Below are positions 49,694-62,280 of a DNA stretch of 64,000 bases, in pieces (the first letter of the stretch is position 1; each line of letters starts with the position of its first letter). The stretch comes from a virus. The notes below the pieces were generated by a model that had not been told where the DNA came from, did not search any database, and saw only the letters and a program-made list of their open reading frames with translations. A program made the translations under genes and the position numbers. The stretch lies in the IMG/VR virus record IMGVR_UViG_3300046171_000225, positions 99,027 through 163,026 of that record, one strand, 5' to 3'.

Positions 49694-50536
49694 AAGTAGG
49701 AATCATTGGGAATGGATTTGTCGGTTCCGCCCTTATACAAGCCTTCAGACTAAAATCAGAGATTTTAGTTTATGATATACAAGATAGCAAAAGCAACTCT
49801 ACTCTAGAGAAAGTTTCAAAAGAGTGTGATTTTGTGTTTGTTTGTTTACCGACTCCAATGAATGTTCATAACAACGGGATTATTGATACTAAAATTATTG
49901 AAGATGTGTTCGAAAAGATCAGTTCCATCAACAGCGAAGCGATTTATGTGATAAAGTCAACAGTGATTCCAGGGGACAACAAAAAAATTAGAGATGAAAT
50001 ATCCAAATTTAAAGATTGTTTTTAATCCTGAGTTTCTAACCGAGCGATCTGCACATCTAGACTTTATCAATGCTCCCAGGATAGTTGTTGGCGGTGAAGA
50101 ATCATTAGCAAAAAAACTAGAAGATTTTTACAGAATTAGATTTCCTTATAAAAATATTATTATAACCGATTCTATATCCGCAGAATTTTCAAAATACATG
50201 TGTAATTGTTTTTTTGCAACAAAAATTTCATTTATGAATGAAATGAAGCAAGCTTGCTTAGCGGTAGACGCCGATTGGTACCGTATCAATCAAGTATTTT
50301 CTACTGATGGTCGAATTGGTAACTCTCACTTAGAGGTGCCTGGGCATGATGGTAGCCATGGTTTTGGTGGAAAATGCTTCCCAAAAGATATAAACGCTTT
50401 TATAAATTACTTTTTACAAATTGGCATTAAGCCTACTATGCTACAAGCTGCATGGGAAAAAAACTTAGAAGTTAGAGAGGAACATGACTGGCACTCCATC
50501 GAAGGAGCTGTCACAAAGGAGAAAAATAATGAGTAA
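49690..50536 (+). CDS. ugd: UDP-glucose/GDP-mannose dehydrogenase, frameshift in a G/A run near 49975
   Basis: GIIGNGFVG; CLPTP; IKSTVIPG; FNPEFL; GFGGKCFPKD. Confidence 0.82.
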
Positions 50537-50729
50537 CGATAACGATATGCACCTTAGCAACCAAGCAGTTGGAGCGCTTATGATGGCATTACAGAGGTCT
50601 CTCCTAGAGCAATCTGATATTGTCCCAACGCTCAAAGGTTTTAAGTTCAGGCTAAGCGAAAGTGGATTAATGGTGATGAATCCTCCAACAGTTAAACTAA
50701 AAGAGGATTTTGAGGATGCCGAAGTATAA
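50529..50729 (+). CDS. hypothetical protein
   Basis: AAGGAG RBS before MSNDND. Confidence 0.6.
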   Translation: MSNDNDMHLSNQAVGALMMALQRSLLEQSDIVPTLKGFKFRLSESGLMVMNPPTVKLKEDFEDAEV

Positions 50730-50958
50730 TTATAAGTGTTTTGCATGCAACAAAGAGTTTGAAGTTCGTCACTCGATGACAGAAAGCATTGAAAGCTGTA
50801 CTTTCTGTCAAGAAAAGAATGTTAAGAAGATACCGTCCTTAAACTTTTCAGTAGGAAAAGCTTCCAGTGCCGGAAAATTAGTGAAGGAATACATTGAAGA
50901 TACAAAGAGACAAGTCTCTGATGAGAAAGATAAGTTAAAAAGGGAATACCATGATTGA
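50716..50958 (+). CDS. FmdB-like zinc-ribbon protein
   Basis: MPKYNYKCFAC...FEV...CTFC. Confidence 0.75.
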   Translation: MPKYNYKCFACNKEFEVRHSMTESIESCTFCQEKNVKKIPSLNFSVGKASSAGKLVKEYIEDTKRQVSDEKDKLKREYHD

Positions 50959-51244
50959 AATATCACTTTTGTTATCTGTTGTCTTAAATATTTTTCTTTT
51001 ATGGTATGCTCGAAATACTCTAATAAATCTCTTATACCTTTCCGATGGCTTAGCGGCTCTTTACGAAGATGTCCTAAGCTTTTCGGTTCATTTAAAGAAA
51101 GTTTATGAACTTGAAAGGTTCTATGGTGATCCAACTTTAACACACCTCTTGGAGCATGCAAATGCACTAAGAGAGGAACTTGAAAATTATGAAGATATTT
51201 TTCTCCTCTCTGAACCACCAGAAGAAGAGAGGAGGGCGAACTTG
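50951..51244 (+). CDS. N-terminal TM protein, in frame with the downstream sigma gene in this assembly
   Basis: Hydrophobic N-terminus; separate RBS and ATG at 51245 suggest two genes. Confidence 0.45.
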
Positions 51245-51940
51245 ATGACAGCGAGGAGACGTAAAAGAAGTAAAAGAGTATACTTCGGAGAAGATCACGA
51301 AAAAGCTATATTAAGATATAATGAGTCCACGGATCCAAGAGAAAAAGAGTTGCTCTATAGGACACTAATACAGCCAGCATTCTCTGAAATGGTTGATAAG
51401 ATCGTATACACCTATAAGTTCACTAATCTTCCAAACATAGAAGATCTCAAAGAAGACTGTAAAGTTCACCTTACAACGATCATACACAAGTACAGTCCCG
51501 AGAAGAAATCTAAAGCCTTCTCTTACTTTAGTGTCATCACCAAGAACTGGTTTATTCACAAGGTTAAAAAGAATAGTTCCAAGTCTAGGCGAGAAGTCGA
51601 TTTAGATGAGTTGACCACTGAACACCAGCTTAAGTATGCATGTGATAGAATTAAGTACGACGAAGAAAGACAGAGAGAAGAGTTCTGGGGCCTCCTATGG
51701 CAGGAAATAGAGGTCTGGGAAACCATGAAACTCAAAGCAAATGAAGAGAAAGTACTTAAAGCTATTAAGATTTTGATCAAAGATCGAGATAATCCGAATC
51801 TAATTTTTAACAAAAAAGCTATTTATTTATATATTCGAGAGCTTACTGGTTTAAACACCAAGCAAGTTGTGAATAATCTTAACAAGTTAAGAGAAAAATA
51901 TAGACATTTTAAGTTTAAATGGGATGAGGGCAGATTTTGA
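51245..51940 (+). CDS. phage-encoded late sigma factor (T4 gp55-like)
   Basis: VYF...AILRYN...EMVDKIVYTYKF...EDLKEDC...KYSPEK.SKAFSYFSVITKNW resembles the gp55/sigma region 2 pattern. Confidence 0.6.
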   Translation: MTARRRKRSKRVYFGEDHEKAILRYNESTDPREKELLYRTLIQPAFSEMVDKIVYTYKFTNLPNIEDLKEDCKVHLTTIIHKYSPEKKSKAFSYFSVITKNWFIHKVKKNSSKSRREVDLDELTTEHQLKYACDRIKYDEERQREEFWGLLWQEIEVWETMKLKANEEKVLKAIKILIKDRDNPNLIFNKKAIYLYIRELTGLNTKQVVNNLNKLREKYRHFKFKWDEGRF

Positions 51941-52221
51941 AAAAGTTAGACCATTACTTGCAAGAAGCAGTCGATAACATTGAGAACGACCGCAAGATTA
52001 CAAGAGAACTTCTCGATGACGTTGTTAGGTATCTTAGTAAAGATGAAGCGCGTCATCGAGAAGTTGGCTTGACTGCTTCTAAGTATGTGGAAACTCTACA
52101 ACGCTCAAATGAGCAGCTTGTAAAAATTGCTGCTCTAATACAAAAGAACCAAAGCAAGGACACAGGCCTCTCCGACGCAGATAAAGAAGACATCTTTAAT
52201 ATGATTCAGGAGAAAGACTGA
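51937..52221 (+). CDS. coiled-coil hypothetical protein
   Basis: KYVETLQRSNEQLVK; coupled to flanking genes. Confidence 0.55.
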   Translation: MKKLDHYLQEAVDNIENDRKITRELLDDVVRYLSKDEARHREVGLTASKYVETLQRSNEQLVKIAALIQKNQSKDTGLSDADKEDIFNMIQEKD

Positions 52222-52821
52222 TGGCCTATAAGACGATGAGAGAGGTGCTCGACAGCAATGTTGAGCTTAACCGAGGCTCTCTTGAGAGGTTTGGCCTAAG
52301 GTCTAGACGTAGAGAATCAGTTCAACTTCATGTTTCAGATTCAACAAGCAGTTGATAAAGTCTTTGAAATGTCTCTAGATGACCAAGAGGGTCCTCCGTA
52401 TTATGCTGTTTGCCTTGCGTCGTTTGAGAATCCTACGGGCAAAATATCTAACAAAGTAGATCTTAAGAGACCGATCACTCAGGTTATTGCACGAGTTCCT
52501 AAGATCCATGGATCTATCCCAAAGCCCTACGCAGTAGGCTCAGGGGGGCTTGCATTCCAACAATACGTTCGTATGGCGATTGGCATGCACCCTACGTTCT
52601 ATGCGGAGATATCAAATAATACTCCACTCCCTAAGCCAGGAAATATTATTAAAGTAGATATATCTTCTGGTGATTCAAAATATGGCGAGTACCTTGGAAT
52701 AATCGATTCATCTTCGATTGTTGATACTTGTGGAGAATTATTTGCGTCTAAGTCGGTTGAAAACCCAGAGGCACTAAGAGCCGTATTGGGCGATGTTGGA
52801 GGAAGCAATGACTCAGAATGA
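52221..52821 (+). CDS. putative baseplate-associated protein, frameshift near 52320
   Basis: TGATG-coupled start; ARVPKIH...LPKPGNIIKV (OB-fold-like); upstream of the spike-like gene. Confidence 0.45.
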
Positions 52822-53890
52822 ATCTGCTAGGGACTTCTCTGGCTTTCCAGATGCTTTGAAAAAGCAAGTCGAAGGCACAGATGAAGAAATAAGAAAGAAA
52901 ATAGCTTCTGGAGAGGCTTGCATTCTTCCCGGCCAGCTAAATACACCTCTCTTTGAGCCTCTTCCGACTTTTGATAAAACAGAGTGCGAAGAAGTTTATC
53001 CTTCTCAGAAAGACCTGTGGGGCAGGCATAGAATTGTGTTTGGTAGAGATAGAAGTGAGAGAAGTCATGGCAGTGGGTACGGTGGAATTGGTGCTACGAC
53101 TGCTGGGTCAATAGATATTGTTGTTGGCAGTGGCGGAAGTAAGCCTCTTCAAAAAGATATTGTAGGCCCCAACTTTATAACTGATGCTGCAAGGGTCCTT
53201 GTCTCGCAGAGGACAGACATAGATAAGAACTTTGCCCTTCCTTTTGGGCAGAGCACAGGATTAAAAGCATCCGTAAACCGCTCCGCAGTTGGTATTAAAG
53301 CTGATTCCATTAGAATAGTCGGAAGGGAAGACGTTAGAATTTATACAAAGAAAAGAACTCCAACCAATCCCAAGATTGTAAACAGCGACACTGTTGTGGA
53401 ATATAATTCTAGAGGACAAAAGATAGAGAGTGATGGTCCTGATCGTGGAATTCATCTTATCGCTCACGAAAAAACAGGGACAATCAAAGTTCTAAATCCG
53501 GTTATTCCTGGCAGAGAAGGTGCCCCTTCCCTATATACGCTCAACAGACTCCAGCCAATGGTGAAAGGAGACAATCTCGTCATTCTGTTGAAAGAAATAA
53601 TGGCCCAGATGGGCGAGATCATCACATGGGTACAGAATTTTACTAATTCACAAATGAAATTCAATAACTATTTATCAACTCATACTCATGAGGTTGTAGG
53701 AGCCGCTCCTGGAGTTGCTATTCCAAGCATACCTGTTGCTATCTCTTATGTGCAAGAGCTGATTGATCAAGTCAATAACCATGTAGCTCTTGGTGATAAA
53801 AAGAAATTTGACTTTTCTAATGTTAATCAAGTTTTTCTTTCTCCTACTGGACAAATCAATATACTTTCTAGATATAACAAGACAAACTGA
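52808..53890 (+). CDS. baseplate hub/spike-like protein (gp5/gpV-type C-terminus)
   Basis: IVFGRDR...IDIVVG...IKADSIRIVGR beta repeats; VKGDNL; THTH metal-binding tip motif. Confidence 0.55.
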   Translation: MTQNESARDFSGFPDALKKQVEGTDEEIRKKIASGEACILPGQLNTPLFEPLPTFDKTECEEVYPSQKDLWGRHRIVFGRDRSERSHGSGYGGIGATTAGSIDIVVGSGGSKPLQKDIVGPNFITDAARVLVSQRTDIDKNFALPFGQSTGLKASVNRSAVGIKADSIRIVGREDVRIYTKKRTPTNPKIVNSDTVVEYNSRGQKIESDGPDRGIHLIAHEKTGTIKVLNPVIPGREGAPSLYTLNRLQPMVKGDNLVILLKEIMAQMGEIITWVQNFTNSQMKFNNYLSTHTHEVVGAAPGVAIPSIPVAISYVQELIDQVNNHVALGDKKKFDFSNVNQVFLSPTGQINILSRYNKTN

Positions 53891-53903
53891 GGACATTTAG
53901 AAA

Positions 53904-56900
53904 ATGCCATCATTTAACCCAAACGCAGGACAATCAACCATAGGAGACTCAGATTCTCCTGGAGAGGATGACTCTTCAGTTGGACTAGATTTTGATGATT
54001 CGAACGGAAATGACTGTCCACCCGGACAAACTAGGAACATACTTACTGGAGAGTGTGAAGTAGATGTACGTACTCCTGGCCTACCTAGTATCCCTAGTGT
54101 GCCTGGTGGTCCTGAAAATCCTGGTGAGCCGCCAGACGATGGCGGGGATATCACTTTAGAATACGGCATTATAGGGTGTACGGATCCTTCTGCTTTAAAC
54201 TACGAGCCAGAGGCTACACGCCCCTGTGGCCAATGGGCTTATGTTACCGACGAGTTAGGAAACTTTAGTGAGTCACCGAATGAAGGTGAAGAAGGACTAT
54301 TCCTAATTGAGTTTATAAACGGAACACCCAATGAGTGTTGCGTTCTACCAGGTCAAGAAGGAGATCCAGGAGCTTCTGATGACAGCGGAATAATAGTAGA
54401 TTCTGAAGGAGTAACGGCTTCTAAATGCCAGCCAGAGGAGCAGCCCGGTCAAGCTTTGAATGGTTTTATTCAAACATGTGTTCCTAATCTAGATGCTTTT
54501 GTTCCGAATTGGCTGACGATGGATGATGGACAGACATTTTTTAATAAAAGAACGTGCGAATATTCTATTGTAATGCACGCTGATCCTCCGGAGTGTAGTC
54601 AAGAATACCTTAACTCTTTCATACCTGAAGCGGTAGAAAGATTGCTCCGGTTTTACAACAAGGAAGAAATAGCAGAGTTCAGTTCTGGCTTTAGGCCATC
54701 TACAGAGGCATTGACACAAGGTGGTCTTTCTAGAGAAGGTTTAACTTTTGCGGGCTCTGCTGAGGTAAAGACTTTCTATATTTCTCCTAGGCCACTAGAA
54801 AAGACAAGAGTTCTTATAGTAGTTGGCGCTGAAGAATTTAACAGAATTCCTGAAAAAGAAGAAAACTATTCTTCAGCTCCCATTACTGGGCTTAGTGTTG
54901 TTCCAAGTTATGTTGTATTCTACGGTTCCGAGATCCTTGATATTTTTGATAAAGTATCGAAATCACTTAGATCTTACGAGCCAAAGTACGCTGACTGGGT
55001 CCTTAAAACTGGCAAGATTATTAGAGGTCTAAATTTCTCTGCTGATGCGAACCGGATTGAATCTTTCTATAAGGACCTATCCTTGTTCATTGGAGAGTCT
55101 GACCTATCCTATTACAAGCTGGAGACATTAGAAATTGGCTTTGATGAGGCGTACCAGATACAATATGTAAAAGTAAAAGAGCCCTACAGACCTGTGGTTA
55201 CTTTGGAAAAGGGATTTGATGTCTTTGTTGCGAAGGCTAAAAATACGACTGCCTTAGCTTATGTCTCTAGGCTTCCAGACATGTACAGAGATATTCTTTC
55301 TAGAAGTTCGGCATCTTGGTACGACTTGGTAAGTTCTTACAGATTTCCTCAAATAGAAGAGGTTTATGTTAATGACTTGACATCTCCACTTGTTGAAGGG
55401 AATGAAGGCATAAAAGCTCTCGCGGATGCTAGTTGTCCTCTGGATGGAGGCGGGTACACTCAGAGGAAGAACGCTGGTGAGTGGGCATTAACACAAGTTA
55501 ACTCAATTGCGGAAGCGTTGCTCTCTCAGCTTCGAGTAGAGCCTTGTGTTTTAGTTGATGGCAAAATTCTAGAGCAAAGAAACAGAGAAAATCTTGCCAC
55601 GCAGGTTATCGATCTAACACTAAAAGAATATCTTGCAAGCGACAGGATTATTAGCGATCTTCCTGAGCTTATTGCAAACGGCAGATGGGACAGCATTGAA
55701 GAACTTTATACTGGTTTAATGGATAATTTAGGATATTGTGGCTTGATTGGCCTAATTCAATCTGCAGTAGACTGCTTGTTGAGTGCTCTAGGGTACGAAG
55801 ATTCGATCAAAATTATTATTTCTGCAACAGTAAAGGCAATGGACAAAGAGGCATTTGCGGATTTCATCAGTAAGATGCCACTGCCTTTACAAGAAATAAT
55901 CGTGTCTGCAGTGAATGAAACAGCACCGCAACTGTTGCCATTCTTACAAAGTCTTATCACGGTTAGAGTTGTTGATGAGAACGACTTAGAAGTCCAATCA
56001 GTAGTAGATACGACAACAGCTTATAGCTACACAAGTGCGGGCAGACTGCCTCGCCCAGAGGCTTTGGCGCGACCTAACCAGACACGCACATTCAGTGGGA
56101 GGATGGCTCAGCCGAGGTATGCCATTCCGTCAACTCAAGATATAAAAACCCTAAACGAAGTTGTTGTAGACCTTATAACGAATGATCTGCTGGGCATCGA
56201 CCAGCTACTTTCGGTCATCGAAACTTTACCAGGAGCTCCAATAGTTATTTCTGCCCTAGAGAAGTTAGACAAGTTCTGCGCTGCTCCTCCTCGTTTTTAT
56301 CCACCTCTTAGTGATATATTACAGCTTCCTGGGTTTAACGTAGACATTTGTGAACTTCAGGATGGTATCACGCTGGCTACTAAGCCAAGACTTCAAATGC
56401 CAAAACTAACCATCGCGGGTATCACGGATGTAGTAATAGAGAACGCGCTTGTTGCTCTCAAAGAAATTGCAAGAAGAGTTCTGATTTTGGTTCTTAGAAA
56501 GATTCTGGAAATTATCTTTGAAGAGCTTTGCAAACAAAGAGTTGGCTCAGACCCAACAAATTTGAGATCTCTGATGCAAGCAGGGTGCTCTGGAGGCATA
56601 GACGAAGATGTTGTAGGGCAAGCCCTAGAAGACATCGCCAACACACTTGGTTGCTTCGCGGATAAAGATTCAATAGTAAGGTTTGTCGATAACATTTCGT
56701 CTGTAGTGACAGAGTGTGAACTAGTTGACCTTATAAACGGAGAAGCCTCAGATTCAATCTACAACTTGGTGACGCAAATCATAGCAGCGGATCCTGTGAC
56801 TGAGCCTATGCTAGAATGCTTGAATGATCGAGATTCTATTAAAGATTTCTTTAAGGCTATTGGGCTCTTTATCGACACGAATACTTTGTGCAACATAGGC

Positions 56901-59900
56901 CCACTTGACCTGCCGTTCAGCCAAGAAGTGTGCGATGATCTTGGACTACTAGATCTATTCCGAGACACAAGGGCGAGAGCTCTTAGAGAGAAGGGTGTAG
57001 ATGGTGAGTGTATCGAGCAACAACTTTGTCTCCTGAGAGATAAGACTATTGATGACTTGAGAGAACTCACAGATATGCTCAATAGTGGAGTTTTTGACAA
57101 CATCTTGCCTGACTTCGTACAGGACATAGACAACCCATCTAGCGAAGCTTTGTTGCCTGCCATTAGCCCTGCTGAAACGCTCTCTTTACAGCTTGCGTTT
57201 GATTCGATGTATGAATCTCTCACGCTTAGTTACACGCAGGACTTGATAGGAAGTCGTGGGTTCTTAAATATGTGTTTAGCAGACTCTAGAGGACGCGGGT
57301 ACAATCAGCATAAATCCCTCGAAAGGTCTATCCTTGGGCCGTCTGTTTTCAATGTGTACGGGTCTAGGGGAACGAGATCTTATCCGCCATGGAATGAATG
57401 GGGTATCGGAGCAAACTCCCCTGCTCCACACAATGATTGGATCCAGGAGCCTATACAATATTCTGGTGGTAGATTCTTGACTTTCCCGTATTTGTTTAAC
57501 CCACTGGCTTCGATAGCAGATGAGCAAGGCAACTACCAGTTCGAGCTTAGCGATCAGGGTGATGATCAGGATAATCCGGACGTAGTAGTTACCGGTAGAC
57601 CTCCTGCTGTTGGAGGCTTGCCAGATAAAGTCGGTGGATACCTCCAAGATCAGCTGAGAACTTTGTCTCCTACATTTAACAAGAATAGCACTTACTCAAC
57701 TATTCTACAGTGGGAGGACTACGATGAATCAACTGGTAACAGAGAATTCAATATAGAGGTATCCTATGATTATAATTACTCTCAATCAAATTCAACTTAC
57801 GAAAGGGATTTATGTAGAATAAAAGTAGATACGACCATTAATCCACCTGGGGTGTTAACTCCACTAAGAGAGTCAGATATTGCTTTCACTACGGAAGACC
57901 CGATACCAGAAGATATTCTAGAATATATTGGACTAATTGCTGGTGATAGACAGGGTTTGCAGACTCCAGCAGATGTCTGGGGTGCTTTTATGGAGGCTAA
58001 AGTCAGACAATCACTCATAGACACTAGCTTGCTGGGTAACGAAGTGTACGAAACTTTCGCTAACAACAGTTACAATGCGGTTAGTGAGGGCCTACTCGCT
58101 AGACTCGCAGAAGACATAGCAAAGGTGGATGTGTTTGACTACGGGTATGATTTTAACTCGGTTCCTCAGATTATTTATTTCCATGAAGATCCAGGGGGAG
58201 AATACGAAGGCAACATAGCTGCTGCAATCGGTAGATACGGTGGCTCTGAGGCTAACCCTCCGTTTTACATCAGACAACCTGAAGAGTTCGGTTTTCTAAA
58301 GGTCGCAAATGCCATTGCTCCTGAGATAAAGAATTGTGAAGATGGAGTAGCCGCTACTAGGTTCCCTAATTTCCATGAACTTCGAGATGTAGCCTCGGGC
58401 TTGATTGGAAAAATTAAAGATGATGAGAGACTATCTTACGCAAAGGGTAATATACTTTCTATTGTAGAAGCTCCTTTTGATCGAGCTTTGCCTGCGTCTG
58501 CGGTTGCTTTAAACGAATCTCTTATTTATGCAACATGCAGGACCTACATATCTGAAGTGCTTTTAAAGGGACTCCCAGTGTTCTATTTCTTGGTTCCGAA
58601 GTACCCTGACCACTACAGCAACATTTTGTCGGAGTTTGTTGCCCAGTCTTTGGAGCTAGGGCTACAAGAAACAGGTCGTGGGCTGAGATATCTTGAAAAC
58701 GCAAAAGATTATTATTATCTCTTCATGGAGCAAGTGGTACAGACTTTCATGACGAAAATAGATAGAAATCTAGTCGAGGATGTGTCGGAAGAAGAGTTTG
58801 AGGCATTAGAAAATATATCTAATTATATAAGTGCTAATTGGCAGGGACATTTCTTCAAAAAACTAGATCCTGTCGAGACCAGAGAAGAGAAACAAAAACG
58901 TTGGAGAGATGTCTTTGAGGGCAGAGACGAATTTGTCTTAGAAAATGCTAGAGTTATTCTCAAGAGGTACATTGGTGAAGAGATCTCTAGGATGACATCT
59001 TGTTCTCAACTGTCTTGCCAAAGATGGGCGAGTATCCAATCGCTTCTATAGATGATATTATAATTAAGTCGCCTAATCGGGTTCCAACTCAGGTAATTCC
59101 CGGTATTCCTCAGTGGGACGACGTGCCCTACGCCGCAGGCGCTGTAAATAATGATAGCGACGGTGGCCCTGTTGATGTTCCAACTCTTCAGTACTACGCT
59201 GCAAACTCAGGCGGGTCTAACAATACGCTAGAACATCCACTTGACAGCATGAGCCCTGCCTTTGATGAACGTGGCTGGCCTTTCGTACTCGAAAGATATG
59301 TCACATATGCTGGAAATGAGATCACTCATCCATATGGAAGAATCATAAATATTTTCGATTGGCAAGATATTACTCCCGGAACCTACAATGTAGGTGACTT
59401 GAAGTTCGGTCTACGCTTGTCGTATGTTCCTTCTTCGTTCGAAAAGAGTTCAATGGACATTGATTCAATACGCCAGAATACTAACAACAATATTGCCTTC
59501 TCTGAGAAAGCTTACTCGGATGTGTTTAAGAACCTAATACCTCTTGTGGACGTTGAGGTACCGATAGATGCTACTGCATCTGTTTACGATCCGGCGATGT
59601 ACGGAGATTATATACAAGCACTCATCTGTAAACTGATAGAAACTCAAGAGTATAGAATGACATTTAAGTATAACTTCCCACTACATCGTTATATGTCTTT
59701 GATGGCTGTTTACGTTTCCACTACCTTTGTGCCGTCAATCGGCCAGTTGAAAGACGGCTGGGCAGCTACTGTCCTTGACAAGCGAGGCGGAGGGCAGTGG
59801 ATTGGGTTTGGTAAATTTGGTGGCATGAGAACGTGGAGAGGCAACGAGGGAACCAAAAAGTCATTTAGAAAAGCAAAAAGAAACCTTAGACAGATGTTAG

Positions 59901-60061
59901 AAGCTTCTTGTAATACTAATTACCTTTACAAGGATAGAGATTTATCAACGCCTTCTGAAGCTTATGTGGACACACAGAGGCCGAAAGACGACAAGGGCTT
60001 TGGCATCAAGTGGTGGCAATGGAGTTCATTGCGTCCACCACCTTGTAAAGAGGACGAATAA
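53904..60061 (+). CDS. very large putative virion protein (~2050 aa), frameshift near 59000
   Basis: ORFs 53904-59051 and 59000-60061 overlap in different frames; GCTDPSALNY repeat unit; located in the baseplate cluster. Confidence 0.6.
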
Positions 60062-60445
60062 ATGGCTGGCTTTTCACCTAAACTACCACTCACACTAGAC
60101 CCGGATGATGGGTATAGTTTGACAAAAAGCATTCAAGAAGTAGCAAAACAAAACTTCAAAATGCTTGTCCTCACAAATCCGGGAGAGAGAATCATGGATC
60201 CTGATTTTGGCGTGGGCATTCAGTCCTATCTTTTCGAAAACAATGGCCCAGCGGTCTATACGCAAATTGACGCAAGAGTGAGAGAGCAAGCCGCAAAGTA
60301 CCTCCCGTTCATCCAAGTGCAGGATGTCGACTTTAATACTCCCGATAATAATCCTGGCCTGAGCGAAAACTTTTTAGGAGTTTCTATAAAATACACTATA
60401 AAAAGATTAAACATCGGAGATGTTTTAGAAATTCCGTTAAATTAG
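60062..60445 (+). CDS. baseplate wedge protein, gp25/GPW family
   Basis: KQNFKMLVLTNPGERIMDPDFGVGIQSYLFE...YLPFI. Confidence 0.9.
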   Translation: MAGFSPKLPLTLDPDDGYSLTKSIQEVAKQNFKMLVLTNPGERIMDPDFGVGIQSYLFENNGPAVYTQIDARVREQAAKYLPFIQVQDVDFNTPDNNPGLSENFLGVSIKYTIKRLNIGDVLEIPLN

Positions 60446-60485
60446 AATAAATTACTATTTATTAGAAGAACTGGGAGAACCGTAA

Positions 60486-62280
60486 ATGCCTTCTCGTAAA
60501 ACCCCTATAAAGTATACAAGTAGAGAATTTGAGTCTATCAAGAGAGACCTTTTAGAGCACGCAAGAAGGTATTACCCAGACAGTTTTAAAGATTTTAATG
60601 AAGCATCTTTTGGTGCTCTAATGATTGATACCGTTGCTTATATCGGAGATATCATTTCTTTTTACCTAGATTACCAAGTAAACGAGTCTTTTCTAGATAC
60701 TGCCATAGAATACAATAACATTGTTAGGCTGTCAAGGCAGATGGGCTACAAATACAAAGCCAATCCGTCCTCGTATGGAACAGTTGCATTATACGCCATC
60801 ATTCCTGCCAGCACCTCTGGCTTAGGGCCTGACACTGTGTACCTCCCAATTTTAAAGAAAGGCAGCGAGCTAAGTTCGACGTCAGGCAATACTTTTATTT
60901 TAGATGAAGACGTAAGATTTGATGATCCTTCAAATGAGATAGTTGTTGCAAGAACTGACACCACAACAGGCTTGCCTTCTTCTTATGCAGTTAGAGCCTT
61001 CGGCAGAGTGGTCTCTGGTATCTTCGATACCGACACGGTAGCGATTGGATCTTTCGAGAGATTCAAGAGAATTGAACTAAAATCACAAAACATATCCGAG
61101 ATTATATCTGTCACTGACTCTGAAGGTAACGAATACTTTGAAGTAGAGAATCTATCACAAAACACGGTTTACAAAGAGGTTGTCAACAAAGGTGATAACA
61201 AAACCACCGCCCCTTCTCTCCTTAGACCTTTGATCGTTCCTAGAAGATTTGTTGTAGAAAGGACTAGAGATAATGTGTTCCTACAATTTGGATATGGAGG
61301 CCCGACAGAGATCAGAAATCCTTCAGTTGCAGATCCTAAGAATGTAGTATTGCAACTAAATGGCAGAGACTATATAAGTGATAATTCTTTTGATCCCTAT
61401 AAGCTGCTAAATACTGACAAGTTTGGAGTAGCACCAGCTAATACTACTTTGACCATTGTTTATAGAACAAATACAGCTGCTAATGTAAATGCAGCGGTTG
61501 GCTCAATTACAAGAGTAATCCGACCAATTGTAGAGTTCAACAACAGGACAGACCTTGATAACACCTGAGGTTGCTTCTATTGTAGGATCATTAGAAGCGT
61601 TTAACCAAGAGCCAATTGTTGGAGATACAACTCTACCATCTGCTGAAGAACTTAAGAGAAGAACAATAGATCACTTTGCAACTCAAAACAGAGCAGTAAC
61701 TCAAAGAGATTACGAAGCACTAGTATATGCAATGCCAGATAAGTTTGGGTCGGTGAAGCGATGCAGGGTTGTCAGAGATCCCGACTCCTTGAGAAGAAAC
61801 CTAAACTTGTATGTCATATCTGAAGATGCATCTGGAAAGCTTGTGACTACGAATACTACAATCAAAGAAAATATTAAAGTATGGCTTAACAGAAGTAAAA
61901 TGATTAGTGATACGATTGATATCCTAGACGCCAAGATAGTAAACGTGGGAATTGACTTTGAAGTTATTGCTGACGAAGAGGCGAACAGGTTCCAGATCCT
62001 ATCTGATTGCACAAACGCTATAAAAGAGCTTTTCGTAGTTTCACCATTTATTGGCGAACCACTTTACCTGACAGATATATTCAGTGCCCTGAATAAAGTG
62101 AAGGGAGTCGTTGACACAAAGAGGGTCAATATTTCTAGGAAAACGGGAGCAAATTATTCTAGTACTAGATTTGATTTAGACGAGGCACTTTCAGCAGATG
62201 GAAGATATTTATCAGTGCCACTGAACGTAGCGATAGAGCTCAAGTTTCCGGACACCGACATTAAGGGAGCAATTTCATAA
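60486..62280 (+). CDS. baseplate wedge protein, T4 gp6-like, frameshift near 61560
   Basis: YTSREFESIK...DFNEASFG...AYIGD..SFYLD...ESFLDTA; FATQNRAVTQRDY in the second frame. Confidence 0.85.

Noticed and set aside
39195-50536. Glycosylation cluster as contaminating bacterial chromosome
   Set aside because: It is translationally coupled and co-oriented with flanking phage genes, and it lacks wzx/wzy or housekeeping context.
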